A stretch of 64,000 bases of DNA from assembly GCA_002633005.1 (NCBI GenBank), contig NMRA01000208.1:214867-278866 (forward strand), in the 5' to 3' direction. Shown piece after piece: positions 25,601 to 40,600 of this stretch (within the stretch, counting starts at the first letter, position 1; every line of letters begins with the position of its first letter). The translations under genes were made by a program, and so were the position numbers. The notes under the pieces are model-generated. The model saw only the letters and a list, made by a program, of their open reading frames with translations, was not told where the DNA came from and searched no databases. Source of the stretch: Phoronis australis. Lineage: Eukaryota; Animalia; Phoronida.

Positions 25601-28600
25601 TTTCCCGCCATGTGACGTCATGGGTTGAACACAAGATATCAGTGACTAGCCTTGAACAATGGCGGAGAGCAGGGAATTTGAAAGTGACGACGATTATGAG
25701 CAAGAATTGAACGAATACTATGAAGAAACGTACGGGAATGATGGCCAGGATGAGGAAATGGGGTTGCACGAAAGCGAGAACAAGTTTAATGTGCTTCCGG
25801 CTGCGTACTTTTCTACTTTGAGCCTTATGAACTGGATCCTCCCGCGAGAGAAGCGGCCTCGGGCTCGGCGAGTCANGCCCTCGCGAGTTGAAACTGATTT
25901 TTTTTAGATTTTGGAGGTTTCTAGCTTCAAAATTAATCATTGGATTGTACTGAAAATGCTTGTAAGTGGATTAACATAAAACCAGGTTGTTAGAATATGT
26001 CACCAGAATTCATCCAGCAAATGTTGTAACTGAACTGAGGGGGCCCAAAAATTATGATTGTTAATCCTATAATCGCCTTTTGACTGGCCTCAAAATATTA
26101 AACAAAAGCAAGTAAGGCACTTTAAATGCCATTAAGTATACTCCTTGTTTCTGTTAAATTCAAAATGTAAAAAACAATTTTATTTTGGTGATCAGTGTTG
26201 GAGTTGTGTGGCAATAAATGCATTGACAGAAGTAACACAATTTCTTCAGTCATTTTTGGTACACAAAAACAGTGTCTGCAGTTTTCAATGATATTGAATT
26301 TCTTTTCATGTAATGACACATGTATTATGATTATATTACCAAAAACCATATAATAAAGGAAAAAATGTCATGTGACCCTGTATGTTCCGATGCCTGTTTC
26401 TTAAAAAGTGACACTGGGTATAAATCCTACAATATCACGTGTAAATATTATGTTATAGACCCTTCTGACCACACTCAAGTCATTAATGGTCAAATGTAAC
26501 AAGTGGTTAAACTTATTGCATCACAGCCAGTAACACAGTCACCATCAACACCCAATCACAGTGGTGTTCTATTCAATCTACTGTGTTACCCGTGGCAGAA
26601 ATACTTCTACCAGTGGATCTTTAAGAATATTGCTATTAGGCATTTTTGTTAGCTATTTTCTTGCAGTGACACAGTACTGTGCAAAAAGGCCACTTCACAT
26701 TATTAAGTGTTGAAATTGTGTTTTTTGTGTCGTTAAATTACATCCATGCACTCATAGGGTATATGTTTGTAACCTGAACTTTGAATTGTGAACAGCTGGA
26801 TAGATCTGTGAACAGCTGCATAGATTTGTGAACAGCTGGATAGATCTGTGAACGCTATCAATTGTTCAAACCACTCACGGTGATCCAAGCTACTAAACGT
26901 GATAAATAGTGACGTTTCTACCAACTTTTAAAATGACCAACCTACCAAACTATGGTAGAAAAATACTTATTTCTCATGTAAGATGTCCAGACTATCCATT
27001 TATATTCTATTAGCGTCTTGAAATTGAAACTTACGCAGTCTATAGTCAGTTATAATCAGTTTCAGACTCTTACTCTGCACAACAAAAAATTCATTTTTAA
27101 AAAGAAACCATAATTTCTTGATGTTCTTAAAAGTCAAATGTTTTATACCTCCGAAGAAGCAGTAAGTCACATGCATCACAGGGTCAAGTAAGATATCATG
27201 GGCAACCTATTTTTTCCCATATATGGCACGTTTTTAGTGCCAATGGAGCAAACTCAAATGACTCGATAGTGGAACCCAGCACCCAAAAGCATTGCGATGA
27301 TTTTATTAACCGCAAAATCTATTTTCACACTGTTGATGCAAAACGCTGTGTCTGAAATTTGATAAATATAACAAAGGCCAAAATCCCCACTCTTCAGAGT
27401 CAAGGGATGGTTCTCACAAGTTTCAAATCAGGTACTTTGTGTAAAGGGCCCAAGCCACGTGGCCTGTCCACATCTAATGCAATTAGACATTGGACCACTT
27501 GCAATCTTTCTACTCATTCGCACGATATTTTTAAATCTTTCACATGATAATATTTGTGGGATGTCAAAAATTTTATGACTGATCTAGGCAATACTCGTCG
27601 ATATCCAAATCAATATACCAGTCTTTCAAAGTCCATCAAAGCATGAATTGTGCTTTGGCCCAGCCTTCCTGAGCTTTAATCCAGCCTACCTCTTCAATCA
27701 CCATCAAGGTATGAAATGTGCTTTAATCCAGCCTTCCTGTTCAACCACTATCAACGTATGAATTGTGCTTTAATCCAGCTTACCTGTTCAACCACAGTAA
27801 CAGCTGTTCATCCTGTTCCTGGCGAAATATCTCGTGTTTCAGGTGATCATCACTGACGGCCTCCTCATCTGAGCAGATCTCGTGTACCTTCTTGCGCACC
27901 TCCTTAATGAAGCTGGCGGGGAACACAGTGCGCTGTTCCAGGGCTGTCGCCACTCGTGCTGCCATGCAGTACCGACGGAACCACGCCCACTTGTGCGATT
28001 CAAGACAGTGTGCCAGTGAGTCGAGACCGAGATCAGAGGCGAGGGCCACCAACACCTGAAATGAAAGGCGAAATAATTTTCTCAAAGAAATTTAAAACAC
28101 AATATATTACATTTTATAATTACCAAATTTGGAAACTAAGAACTGGAAAATAGAGCCACTTATTTTTGCGTCATAACCCACCACGTAACATTATTTCACG
28201 AAAACCAGTTGAGACTTTTCTGTTTTTTGTTCATTGTATAAATTCATAGTTCATAAATTCATAATTTATGTTCAGTCAACAGCTTATCCATCAATTACAA
28301 AATGGTCGTTTCAAAAAAACAAGGGAGTCATATCCTAGTCCTAGCAGCACTTTTGCACTATTAACTCACCTTGAAGAAGGGACTGTGCATCAAATGTTTG
28401 CCACTACGTACAATGGGGTCCTCATACTCGTACTGTCTTTGCAGTGCCTCAGGAAGTCCCTTCACTAGAGACGCCAGCGCTGTACCACTCAAAGACTAAA
28501 ACAGACAGTTGAGGAGAAACGTGCAATGTAGTTAACACTGCGTAGTTATAATGTATTTAATCAGCATACATCTAAAGGTAAGTGTTAAAACAGAAAAACT

Positions 28601-31600
28601 ACACTTTCATATGGCACAAATAAAAATACAACAGACAGAGTCAATAAAATGCCAAAGAAAAGTAATACAATGAATGATGTACTACTTGCTAATTCGAGTT
28701 TATTCAACGTTTACAACACAGGCAACGCACCATAGGGCGCTGGGGGGCAATAGCCTCCCCACCCCATTTTTTTCAGTGCTGTGCCGCCCATGGTCTACGG
28801 GCGGTGCACTACAGGGGGGCTGGGGGACTATAGTCCCCACTTTTTTCTGTGCTGCGCCACCCATGTACAACCATTTGTAGACTGAAGATGTGTTCTATAA
28901 GCACTGTGCAGTAAAGTGTTTTTGGTAAGAAGTATTTAACTGTTTAGTAAAATTCACTGTTTTGATTGCTCTACAGATAACATTCTTTATCAGACTTTAC
29001 GATTCAACAAAATTGTAATTGTTATAATTGTTTTTTATAAAAAAATGATACAGAAAAAGAATTGTATCCATAAATGATTTTCTTGACAGTAATGGTAAAT
29101 TCATGCTGTGTAGTTCACTTTGTGCAAAGTAGGAGTTTTCTCCACCTGTCTCTGTCAATCTGCATGTGGGCTTGGTAGTTGCTTTTTTAGTATTTGGAAA
29201 AAGATTAAACACTGTGGTCTTATTCGTACATCGCTCGCTATGTCAAAACTAGGCATTTTAAAGCAAAATCCTAACAGTGCGACAATGATAAAGACACCGT
29301 AGCAAGAAACATATTTTTAGAATTATCAATCTTTCTCCTTTCAAAAAATATATACTTTTAATGGTTGCAAAGCATATTTTTTCAATATTTGACTTAAGAG
29401 TTGAGGTCGTTTACTAAGATCCTAGAAATGTAATTTATGTTCGAACTTCTTGTACATTTAAACTTTAAAAACCATCTAGCTCTTACCACTGGGAAAACTT
29501 TGGAGGCGTTGTCAATGTCGGTGTCCGTAGACATACCCATGAATGCACTGATGTTTATGCCACTGCCAAAATGGGTCATGATCAGCTTTCTCAGTTTCTG
29601 CAACGCCCACATTCTCTGTACAGCTCCTGAACAGTGAAGCAACAATTGAATAAACAACAATGAATCACCCAGCAATAAATCAACAGTTCTGGGTCGTATT
29701 TCCTAAGACAGATCTTAAAAATTTCAGTCAATTTTAAAATAGAACGTAAATTTGTCTCAAGCCCGTTTCCAGAAAGAGCTAAGTTTTTGACTGAAGTTTT
29801 GCTTCAATTTTGATTAACTTACTGGATGTGGAAGTTTTAAAGTTTGGAAGTTGAGACAAATCTTAGACTTCAGTCAAAAATGAACTTAAGTCAGTTTCTT
29901 GGATAGCACCCCTGAGTTATTAGTGACGAGCACCAAGATTTAGAACAAATTGGAAAATGCAATCCACCAAGACTGAGACAGGAGTCACAAAGATGTACAA
30001 GCATGGCACAAACAGTAACATGAATGTGAAGTGAGTTTGTAATGGCGGAATTTTGTCTGGATCAAAGGCATCCTGCATTTTATTGTTCTATTGGGAAAGG
30101 TAGAATAAGGTCAGTAGCTTCTTACAGGGTTAAGGATTTTAAGAACCAGTTTGATGCATGTTATTCGCTGGAGAAAACTGGTTCTTGAAATGCAGGACCC
30201 CTAGTTAAGTGTTCATTCTCATCAGTGGCTTATGGATTACAGGCACGCATAAGTCACTTAAAGTTGTGGTTAAAAAGCTAATTTCTTACCTCTCACCACT
30301 TCATGCATATTGAAACTCACCTAAAGAACTCAACTGAGCGCAAGCCGCCAGTGCGGCTGCCAGCCTAGGTATGATGTTACGGTCCGATGACGTCTCCAGC
30401 TTGAAGTCTAGCAAACACGTGACTAGATCAATGGATGGTCGAGAGAGTATTGTGCGATCAGATAACATATCCATAGGCGCTGCGCCAGGCATGATGGGAT
30501 AGACGGTAAATCGCCAGCCCCATCCATTAACGGAGCCATCGCTTGTGAACTTCCATTTCAGTTCATCGCCACTCACTCGTAACTCTTGCGACCAATCAGA
30601 CCATTCACGACCTAGATAATGGAGGACCAAGTAATTTATAGTGACAAATGACGACGTTTTAACGAGTCATAAATAAACTAAACTAAAGCAAGTGTTAGCT
30701 TATGAACAGAATGTTAACCACTAAACAAGGACTATGAATCTTTGCAATCAACATCATGGGTGTAAAATTAGACGGGAACATCATAACTTTTATAGTAGAG
30801 CAGCTGTAACAGTTTTTAATTGCTGGGTTGACTTTAATTCAATGACAATGTAATCACATATTACCCTAAGATTGACAAAGCAGAATCATAATAGTGTTAA
30901 GATTGACTTTCAAAAATACAAACCCCCGTTATAGCTGGATTTACTTCAATCAACTTGCTCACATAGTGTCAATCCACTGTTGAAACAAGAAGACACTCAC
31001 CTGACCTAGTTGAGATGGTTCTACCAGAAGTGTCCATGATGGTCAAGGGGTCGTGCCGTCGTTCAGTTGAACACTGGCGGTCAAACTCAACCCTCAGTCC
31101 TTCGGCACCACTAATCTTCACTGACCCCGTCAGGGACGTGTCATCTGTGTATGGATGAGGACTCTCGACCACTTTTGGCTGCGCAATGTTCCGCCCTGTC
31201 TCTCCGTCTGCTGCTACATCTTCCAGTTCTGTCACGCACAACTCCAGCAACATTTCCGCCACCTGGTGGTGACTCTTTCCCAGGGCAGTGAGGACAGAGG
31301 ACAGCGCCTCCTTACCATGAGTACCGGCTCTCTTAGCCACAGCAAGTTTAAGTAGGTCAACAAGGACACGCGCATCGTCTGCAGTCAACTTTGAGGTGAA
31401 TTCATCCAAGTCCTGACAGTTGAACACAGGAGCAGACGGACTGGTGCTGGTGACCTGCAGAAGGTACAAAGTTTGATGTCAATCAAAGCAGGATTATTTA
31501 AACTAATGAATACCTGAAGAGCATATGGAATACAGCTAACTAATGCTGCGCTAAGGAAAAAGCAATTTTAAGAACTTTAGATTTGAATCTAGACAAGTAA

Positions 31601-34600
31601 GACTTGTTGGACATAAAGTTATACTCAGTTTTGCACAACTTAATGAGAATGACAGGCAGACGTATTGAGCCTGAAGTGGACTTAAAATGTACTGAACTGT
31701 CAGTTCACCCTTTGTTCATAACTCAACACCAGTCTGAGTAAGGAGCATGTTGGGAACAGTTTTATAACAAAATGTGCTCAAATTAACACTTATTTGTGAC
31801 TCAATGTAAGCCTATAACAGATCTAACTCAACTATACTCTCTCTAACAACTGTTCAAACACTTTCACATCCCTATACTTCAGGCATCTAATATGTGACAG
31901 CGTGTAAACATTCGTCCACTCAGAAAATAATATGACAAAAAAGGGGAATTATAGAGAGTCAAATCACGTCGAGCTGCATTACGCTATGTATGGCTAAATA
32001 TGAAAATTAATTTGGGGTTTTAACTTCATGACAGGAGTCCATTTCCGTGATCATTTCTTGTGTTGCTGATGGTTTCCATGTTTTTTTGTTGGTAAAGGAA
32101 ATAGAATCTATCATTGTAAGGAATATCATGAGACTTATTTTATGAGAGCAAAATGCCTGATTCATTTTAGTCAGCTGCACAAGGGGGCATGCAGCTTTAA
32201 GAAAGTATTACTTTATTAACATGATGTGCCTGGTACAGCTGCCATCAAAAGCATAGGGCAACTTTGAGTATTTGAAGCAACAGAGAATGTCTATTCAACA
32301 TGTACATTTGCCATGACAGGAATGCTGCATTTACACAAATTACTACAGATGTTTAGCAGTCCCTCCAGACCGTTACCACATTCTTTGTCTTCCGAATCTT
32401 AATTAAGAGGAAAGTATTGAATGCAGATTATATGAAAGCAGTTTAAGCAGTGAAAATGCCAATAACACAGTTTGTAGTGCTCAATTAACTCAATGATCAG
32501 GCGACACAGTATGGACCAATCTGACAGAGACTTCGGTGTACAAGTGTACGTAATGGTCTGGAATTGAAGTATCTTTTAAACAGAAAGCCTTCTCACCACT
32601 TCCTCAGCTGTAATAGCTTCAGCGATCAGACTGGTGGCAGGAGATGCCATGGCCAGCTCATGCATGCTGGGAAATGTGCCTGAGTGGAGTGAGACCACGC
32701 TCTCATGGCCAGATGTTGTCATAGGGATCACTTGTTGCTAAAAATAAATTACAACAGTTGAACATATTTAAAACACAATGTTCAATTTATTCAATGCATT
32801 TCCATAGCTTACAAAGTAAAAGCACAAAAATGTGAACAATATGTTGATGTACCAATTAGCCAGCTATAAATTCCCATGAGAATTCAAACATTTGTCTCGT
32901 GCCATCATGAAAGAACTCAACACAGGTATGGCACGATAGTTTTTCCATACACAAGTGCCCTTGAGATTCTGAATCAAAAGCAAATATGGTTAACCTAAAT
33001 GGACGGCAATTTGTTTCCTTACATCAGATGACGAAACTGTGGCAGGCAGCAGTTCCAACATGGCGTCCATGTCGGTAGTTTTATGAACAACATGAGTGGT
33101 GGTAGTGCGAGGACTCTCAACAGGGCTCTCTGTAATACTCATGCTGGTGATGGGTGAGAAGGCCAGTCTAGTGTCACTGGCTGACGTCACCATCAGCTCC
33201 TTCTCTTTGACCAGAGACCCAACAACAGCATCCCTGGAAATGTATGAACAAGGACGTGAAATGCATGAACAAGGATGGGAACACTAATATCTAACTTTCT
33301 AAGTCAACTAAGAGTGAACAAACACGAGTGTGTCACTGTTTACATTCAGACCACACTACGTGAACAAAATGGAATATGCTCTCTTATAACATACCTGGCA
33401 TAGATGATCTGAAGAGCAGTTAGTATGTGTCGCAGTGCTTGCTGTCTGGCTGTGTTACTCTCAAGAGACAGGACTATCTTTGCCAGGGACGGTCGCGTAG
33501 TCTTCGTCTGATTAGAATTATTTTGGCTGACGATCTCGCCGTCTTCTGTTGACACCTCTTCACCTCCTACACAAACACATTGAAGTCACGTGAAAATATC
33601 TAATGGCAAAAGTTTGAACAGACAAGCAAATATTGCTCACAAAAACAATGTTCTTCAGTTTAACAACAGTAGTTATTTGGAGAAGATACTTTAAAGTTGA
33701 AACAAGGTAGTGCAGAAATACAGCGCACACAAAGACATGAAAGACACAGAAAGGTACATCACAACTCGACTATTATTCACCATATAACCACAACACAATA
33801 CCAAAATCTTTTAATAGTAAATCTTTACAAGTTTTCTTTAATTCATGAACAAATATTGCCATGTCTAGACAGGACCACTAGGTCACACATTACTCTACAA
33901 AATATTTACAAAACCACACAAATGTTGGCGAAACAGGCCATGTTTGTACTCACCCAATAACGTGGATCCTAGTGGGTCACGTGACGTGCCGAACATGACT
34001 GGCTCATGTGTCGTGGGTGTTGACAGGTCAGTGGTTGACCAAGCCACAGAGTGTGAGGAACCGCAGGCAACGCGTGTAATCTTGTACCCGTCCAGGCCGT
34101 GGACAAGCGCAGGCTTGCGATTGACTGTTGTGGTGCCATTACCCTGTTGGCCGTGGTCATTATCTCCCCATGCATATACCTGAATGTCAAGGTCATACCA
34201 TCAAACCATGTATTTATACAACTGTCTTATCAACAAACAATGTATCAACTTGCTTCCACAGTATGTATATACTCATATCAAATAAAGTCATCTTACATTC
34301 TGAATAGTTATAAACACCTTTACCAAGAATATGTCAACTACTTTCATCTTAAACACCGTGTCTCTCAAAGAAAGAGCAAATTCATTACTTTTGACACAGC
34401 TCTTTAGTTACCTTCAGGTTGGTGTGAACTTATCTTTACACTTGATGTGACTGGACAACAAAGCTCAGGCAATACCACAGTAATGTACAAAACACATTAG
34501 TTCAGTTGACAAGCAAGCTCTAACAAAGGACAAGTTGTGAATAGATTTCCTCAGCCTCACCCCTAGTCTACCACAGATTACTGTGGCTAGTATGGAATGC

Positions 34601-37600
34601 CAAAGCGGCAAAAAATCAAGAATGTATTTGATTTTCAAGACCACGGTAAATCCATGAAGACTTTCCAAAAATCCTGCCAAGCTTACTTTTGGAAACTTTT
34701 GAAACCTTCACAAGATTTTTTAAAATGTTGGCAAAATGAACATAGTTTTAGAAATCTCGGCAAGATTATTTTAAAATGTTGAGATTTTTAGAAAATCTTG
34801 TCAAGAATGGTTTAGTAAGAAATTCTTGGCAAGATTACAGAGGTACAGTATTGTAAAAATTTTCAACAAATATTGGAAAGATTTTAATACTTGACGAATT
34901 TACTGAGGCCTTGAAGTGAAAATATCGTCTTTTGTCTTGATTTTTCACAGCTTTGGCATCCCTAATAGAATGTCAAAATGGGAGATATTCAAAACAGATT
35001 GATGCTTCATGATGATGATTTTAAATGTTGAAAACATTTCAATAAAATGTTGACAAGCTTTTTCAAATACTGTCAATATTTTAATTGTTGATGTTAATAT
35101 TTTCATGACCTTGGAGTGTAAATCCTACAAAAATCAACATCACGTTAAGCTCAGGCAGAAAGAGCACAAACAAAATCACGGTCATTCTGATCTAATGGCC
35201 ATACATAACCATTGCCTTATAGGCAGATGATGTGCCAATGAAAGGCATGATTTGGCCGTTAAGACTTCATTAAAATGATACTAAACCATGTTTTTGTGAT
35301 TTCAACTAATCCTTGATCTGTCACCTGGCGTCCCACATGAATGAAAAAATAAGATTTAACTCAAAATTCACTCTCTATCTCTCTATCTCTCTCTCCCCTC
35401 TCTCCCTCTCTCTCTCTCTGTCATAGATTAGATGCTAATAATTTTTTATGGTGGGTGGTCTTTCCCTACAGTTGTCATGTATCTGGCCTAAAGCATACTA
35501 GGTTATGCTTGCCCGTTTAGCAGACTTTGTGAGGAAATTTCAAAAATTTTCTCCATTTTCTCTTATCAATGGTTACAGAGTATTATTTTGTTTCAGGAAA
35601 ATGGATGGTAAACTCTCCTTTTAATTGGGCAGAACCAAGTTTGGTATCCTTTTAAATCACATTAAAATATAACTAGGCAATAACCCTATCAGTTATCTAA
35701 CCTGCCCAGTATCAGCCACAGCCAGACAATGCAGAGCACCAACAGCCACATGGATAATCTTCTTGCCTTTCAATCCTTCCACCAACTGAGGCTTACGGAC
35801 ATGTGAGTCTGTGCCATGACCCAGGCGAAAGTAGTCTCCTTTACCCCTAGAAATAAACACGTAACGTAAACAACGGCAAAGTCAGGATGGTATTATTACA
35901 TCCATCTGAATGAAAACGTAAATTGAGACAAAGATGGCAGATGGCAGCACCAAAAAATCCTCCAGCTCCTACTACATAGAATCTATAGCATTTTTTAAAC
36001 TATGATATATTTAGAAAATGCATTGAGAAAAGTATTTTGAGAGTGACATTTACCAATAACTGCTGCAATAGAATGTAAGATTTATGTTGGCATAAATGAC
36101 TATGAACTTGATGGCCTGTAATGGAATTACCTGGACATCAAAATCTCTTAAAATTTCAGGAATAAGAACATGAAACTCATAAGGTTCTCAGAGTCTAAAG
36201 AACAGTACTGTTATAAAACAACTCATTTGCATTAAAACTTACCACGTCCACACTTGGCCAGATTTGGTAAGAGCCAATGAGAATTGAGCTCCACACTCAA
36301 TTTGACAAACATTCATCCCGTTGAGTCTCTCAATCTGATGTGGCACATTACAGCCCTCACTGCCACCCCGACCCAGTTTACCAAAGTCTCCGTCTCCCCA
36401 AGAGAACACACTCCCCTCGTCAGTGAGTACGATAGTCTGAGCATCACGACTACCACATGCTATCTGCACAACACGCTGACCAGCCAGAGATTTCACCTGT
36501 AAAACAACAAGGAAATAACAGATCCACTGTTTGATCAGGTGTAAATATTGTGTGCCTGATGCTCCATGAACAACCGTCACTTCTATTTTGACTCAAGTCT
36601 ACGGAATGTTGCTGACAAGGTCTCAAAAAGGAAAAGTGCTGGACCATTGTACTGTAATTAGGTTGAGATGGACTATTGAGTGCCATGCATACTACTTATA
36701 TCATGTTTTGTGCAACTGATCAATGCTTTAAAACTTAAAGCAGGCCTTGATTAAAACCATTAAGGTCAACTGAAATATCAAGACAAAAAACTTATGCTAA
36801 CAATTCTCCAATTTAGGACAGTCTCTGGAATTTGGGACACAGGAACTGTAAGTGCAAAATTTTCTTAATTCTAGAATTTGGGACAAGGGCAATTTTGGTG
36901 CACACCATATTTCTCAAATATCAGACGTGTTTTCAATGTACAGAGTGCATGATTTCGTCACCTTTCGAGTTATATTGTCTATTTCTAGAATCTGAGACAA
37001 GCTCAAACTTTGAGCAAAATAATTATTTTTTTGCTGTCTCACATTGGAGAATTTTTACCGTAATCCGAATATCAAGTAAATAAATGTCTAAATACCTGTT
37101 TGGGTCGCAGCTGAGTTGTATTGTCGCCATGTCCAAGACGGCCATATTCCCCTAAGCCCCATGTGTACAGGTCTCCATTAGATACAATGGCTGCACTGTG
37201 TGAACTACCACAGGCTATGTCACGCACACGCTTGGACCGCAGGGCTTCAATCAGACGTGGTTTGTCACAGTTCCTGACAAATGCAGTAATTAGATATTAC
37301 ATTTGTCCGTGGAACCAGGAAATGAATTTAAAAACAAAGAAATGAAAAATCATTTTATTTGTTAAAGAAGCATAAGAAGAAACGATTTTCAGCATTAAAT
37401 TTGAAATCTCGTGATTCCCATACTAAAAACTTACTACAGACTCTAACACTGAAATTTGTACAACACAATTTCAACTGAAATCTAGGCAACTCCATTTACT
37501 GAGAATACAGGAATCCACCATTTTCAAAAGGGGAACCCTCAGCAAAACCTGTCACTGAAGTCCATTTTCGTAAGTCAGCAAAAATGTGCAAGAAAGTTGA

Positions 37601-40600
37601 CATTTCCAATTTTATGCAGCAAATATCCAAAACTGGCTCAGGTACCTAGTGGACAACTTTCGACCATGCTCCAGGTATTACTCACATTCGACTAAAGTGA
37701 CCCAGTTTTCCATCATCGCCTTCTCCCCAGGAGAACACCTTGCCATCAACAGTGAGCGCCAACGCGTGACGACCGCCCGAGTGAACTGCAACCTTCTTGA
37801 CCACATATTGGCTGAGAGATGTAAGCTGACGTGGCACTGACACGTTGCCAGAGCTGATACACAGACCCAGTCGACCATTGGTTGCCTCGCCACAAGCATA
37901 CAATTTGCCATCTTGAGTGACTAGAAGGGAAATCATCTAGTGCATGAATTAAGGAGCCTCACTCTGCACTACTCGGTTAGGGAGGTGAGTCAGCACAAGT
38001 CAGTGTTACAAGTGAATGGACTCGATTATTACAATCACAGCATCACCATTTGGTACCGAGACAGAAGTAAAGACATCAAATCATTTCAAAGGAAGTGCCT
38101 ATGGCAGTATACAGTTCAACTCACGCCAAAACAAAAATGCTAAAGATACCTTTTCTATAGAGACTTTTTTGGATGCAAACAAAGAGAAAAGAAAGTTCAA
38201 AGTTCATAATGACACAATAAGGATTTTAAAAACTGTTACCTACCACAGAATAAGCTCTTTGATCCTCCAGCTATTTGGACACACTTAAGAGTAGATAATG
38301 TCTCATTCACCATTGGGGTCTTGATCTGGAAATAATACAATAACACCAAATGTCAAACACAAAAAGCCAATTTCTAATGGGAATATCTGGATGAAATAAC
38401 AACATTATAGACCATGCTGGGTCGAAGATAACAGGCTAAAATGTAGAAACAGTGAAACACAGTGTGACTGAAGGCAGGTTGTCATGACGATGCCATCTGT
38501 TACGTGTTAATTTCCATACAAGTTTCACCTACGCCACCATAATAAATATCAAATACCACACATTAAAGTATCGCCCACGAAACCAGAGAACACACAACGA
38601 TGAGTATGAACAACTAAAACAGAAAAGTACCAAATGGGGGAATGGTCAGATATAACATGCCTGAATATTGTGAACCAGTTTTCTCTCCTGGCATCAACTG
38701 GTTCTCAAAATGTGAGCACATTATATCCAACTATTGCCCAACATGGAGCAGTACATTGTGGACATTTACTGAAATCCTGAGTTTCAACTCAGATTTCTGT
38801 AAATTGTCAATTTACAGTAAGAACTCTTCAGTTTGAGAAACAATATGGTGAACACTAGGTGAAATTTCATTTTGTCAAATTTCTCAACAGGAAAATTTAC
38901 TGTGCTTTTAGCATGGCTTGTATGGTTTACCTATTACCAAACAACATTTCGTAAAATTTTGAGCATTTGTAACAATGTCGATGGACTCTGAAAAACAGAA
39001 ATATGGCAATTTTGCAACTATTTTTGTCCCAAAATTGAAGAACTTTTTATGAAAGTAGCTATAAACCCATGAGTGTCATACAAAAATGAACTTTTCAATA
39101 AGACCACATTCTCGGTTTGCAAGGAACTGATGCTTCGTTACTCCTTGGTACCATGCACAGGGCATAAAATGACACGTCACAAGCCAATGTGTAGAGCCTG
39201 GTCAAGTCCTGAAATCACTTGGCTGTGTTACTCTCTATCCAACATAAGTGGTCTTGTTTTTGTGACTGAAAACAAGATCATTGCCACTTTACTTTAAGGA
39301 AACGTGTCTGACCTTTGAACCTTTAGGTCCTCCCAGTTGATCCTTGTCATTGAGTCCCCAGACAAACACGTGAGTCTGTATCTCTTTGCTAGTCGACTGC
39401 CTGGCCTTCTTTCGAGCTGTTGCTGCCGTCGCCGCTGACATTGTTGTACTCGTGTCATCTTCATTGTCGGAGGCCAGGAAGGTGAAGGTCGTTGGCGAGT
39501 CTTCCTCGTCAGTTCTCATTCGTCCAACCACGGAGAGTCCGTGCACTTTGCAGTCAATGCCACTACTCTTGCACTGTTTTATGTTGAGCTCGATGAAACG
39601 GTAAAACTGAAGAGCAACAATGTTACATAATTATGTCAGAAGAAACAAACTGCAATTACTACATGCAGAAGAGTAGACTTGCATATCACCAAATAATATT
39701 TTGAACAATGTGTAATAATGGTCTTGAACAAAATGTTGTAATAGAAGATGTTAATCTTCCATAACCTGGACTATCTTGCGGTCCATATTCAGGGGCCAAA
39801 ACGCACCTTTCCTCATCCTCAGAAATTAACAACTGCAAAAACGCTGACAAAACAATTCAAATAAAAGTACAAACAACACAAGCTACTAAACAGCTGCTGC
39901 CCATCACAGTTTGTAAGTCAGGTGAGGTTTGATCAAAATTATAAAGTTGTGATGATCCATCCTTAATGAAATTGTATAGTGAATGACAGACTTGGTAAGA
40001 GTAAAATGTGTAAAATCACTCCCCTTCTGGTTAATATCTTACCTCATTAACATCCTGTAGGAGTAGAACATCAGTATCCATGGTTGCTATGGTAACAGTG
40101 CAGATCTCTTTGGTAGACTGCAGGGAGTCGCCTCCCCTGATCTCTATCAGAGATGGCATGTAGCTGGAGTCAGACGGCTCCACACGCATACTGAGACGAG
40201 TGATGAGAACGTCGCTCATCATTTCTATTCTAATCCAGTGCTGAAAGATGGCGATCGTCAGTCAGCGACAACAAAAATTTCAACTTAAAACCAAAGTTCA
40301 AGATATTATCATATCCAATCAAGAATTTTCATTCAAGTCTATTAAAAAAAACGCAACTCAAAACTAGAGTAATGGCTGCTCTCAATAACCAATAAGGTGC
40401 TGGGGCATTAAATAAAACATTCCAATTTCAGAACTTTTTATTCAATAAATAATATATAGATACTGCAAAAAAATAGAAATAAAATATTAAAAGAAATAAA
40501 AAACACCCACCACGTACAAATAACAATGTCGAAAATTGAAAGGAGTTAGTCTTCAAACCAACAACATGTCTGCACAATTTCATAAACTTTTTGTTCAGCT

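Noticed and set aside
25877-26125. LTR-like direct repeats (25207-25455 / 25877-26125)
   Set aside because: The second copy starts exactly at an N, with no TG..CA ends or PBS; probably a contig overlap.
24790-27784. In-frame HERC2-NHL fusion protein
   Set aside because: The upstream exon ends in phase 2 and the acceptor before the ATG needs phase 1, so splicing yields a stop after four codons.
28720-28865. G/C-run tandem pair as a regulatory element
   Set aside because: It looks like two decayed short MITE-like units; the boundaries and TSD could not be supported.
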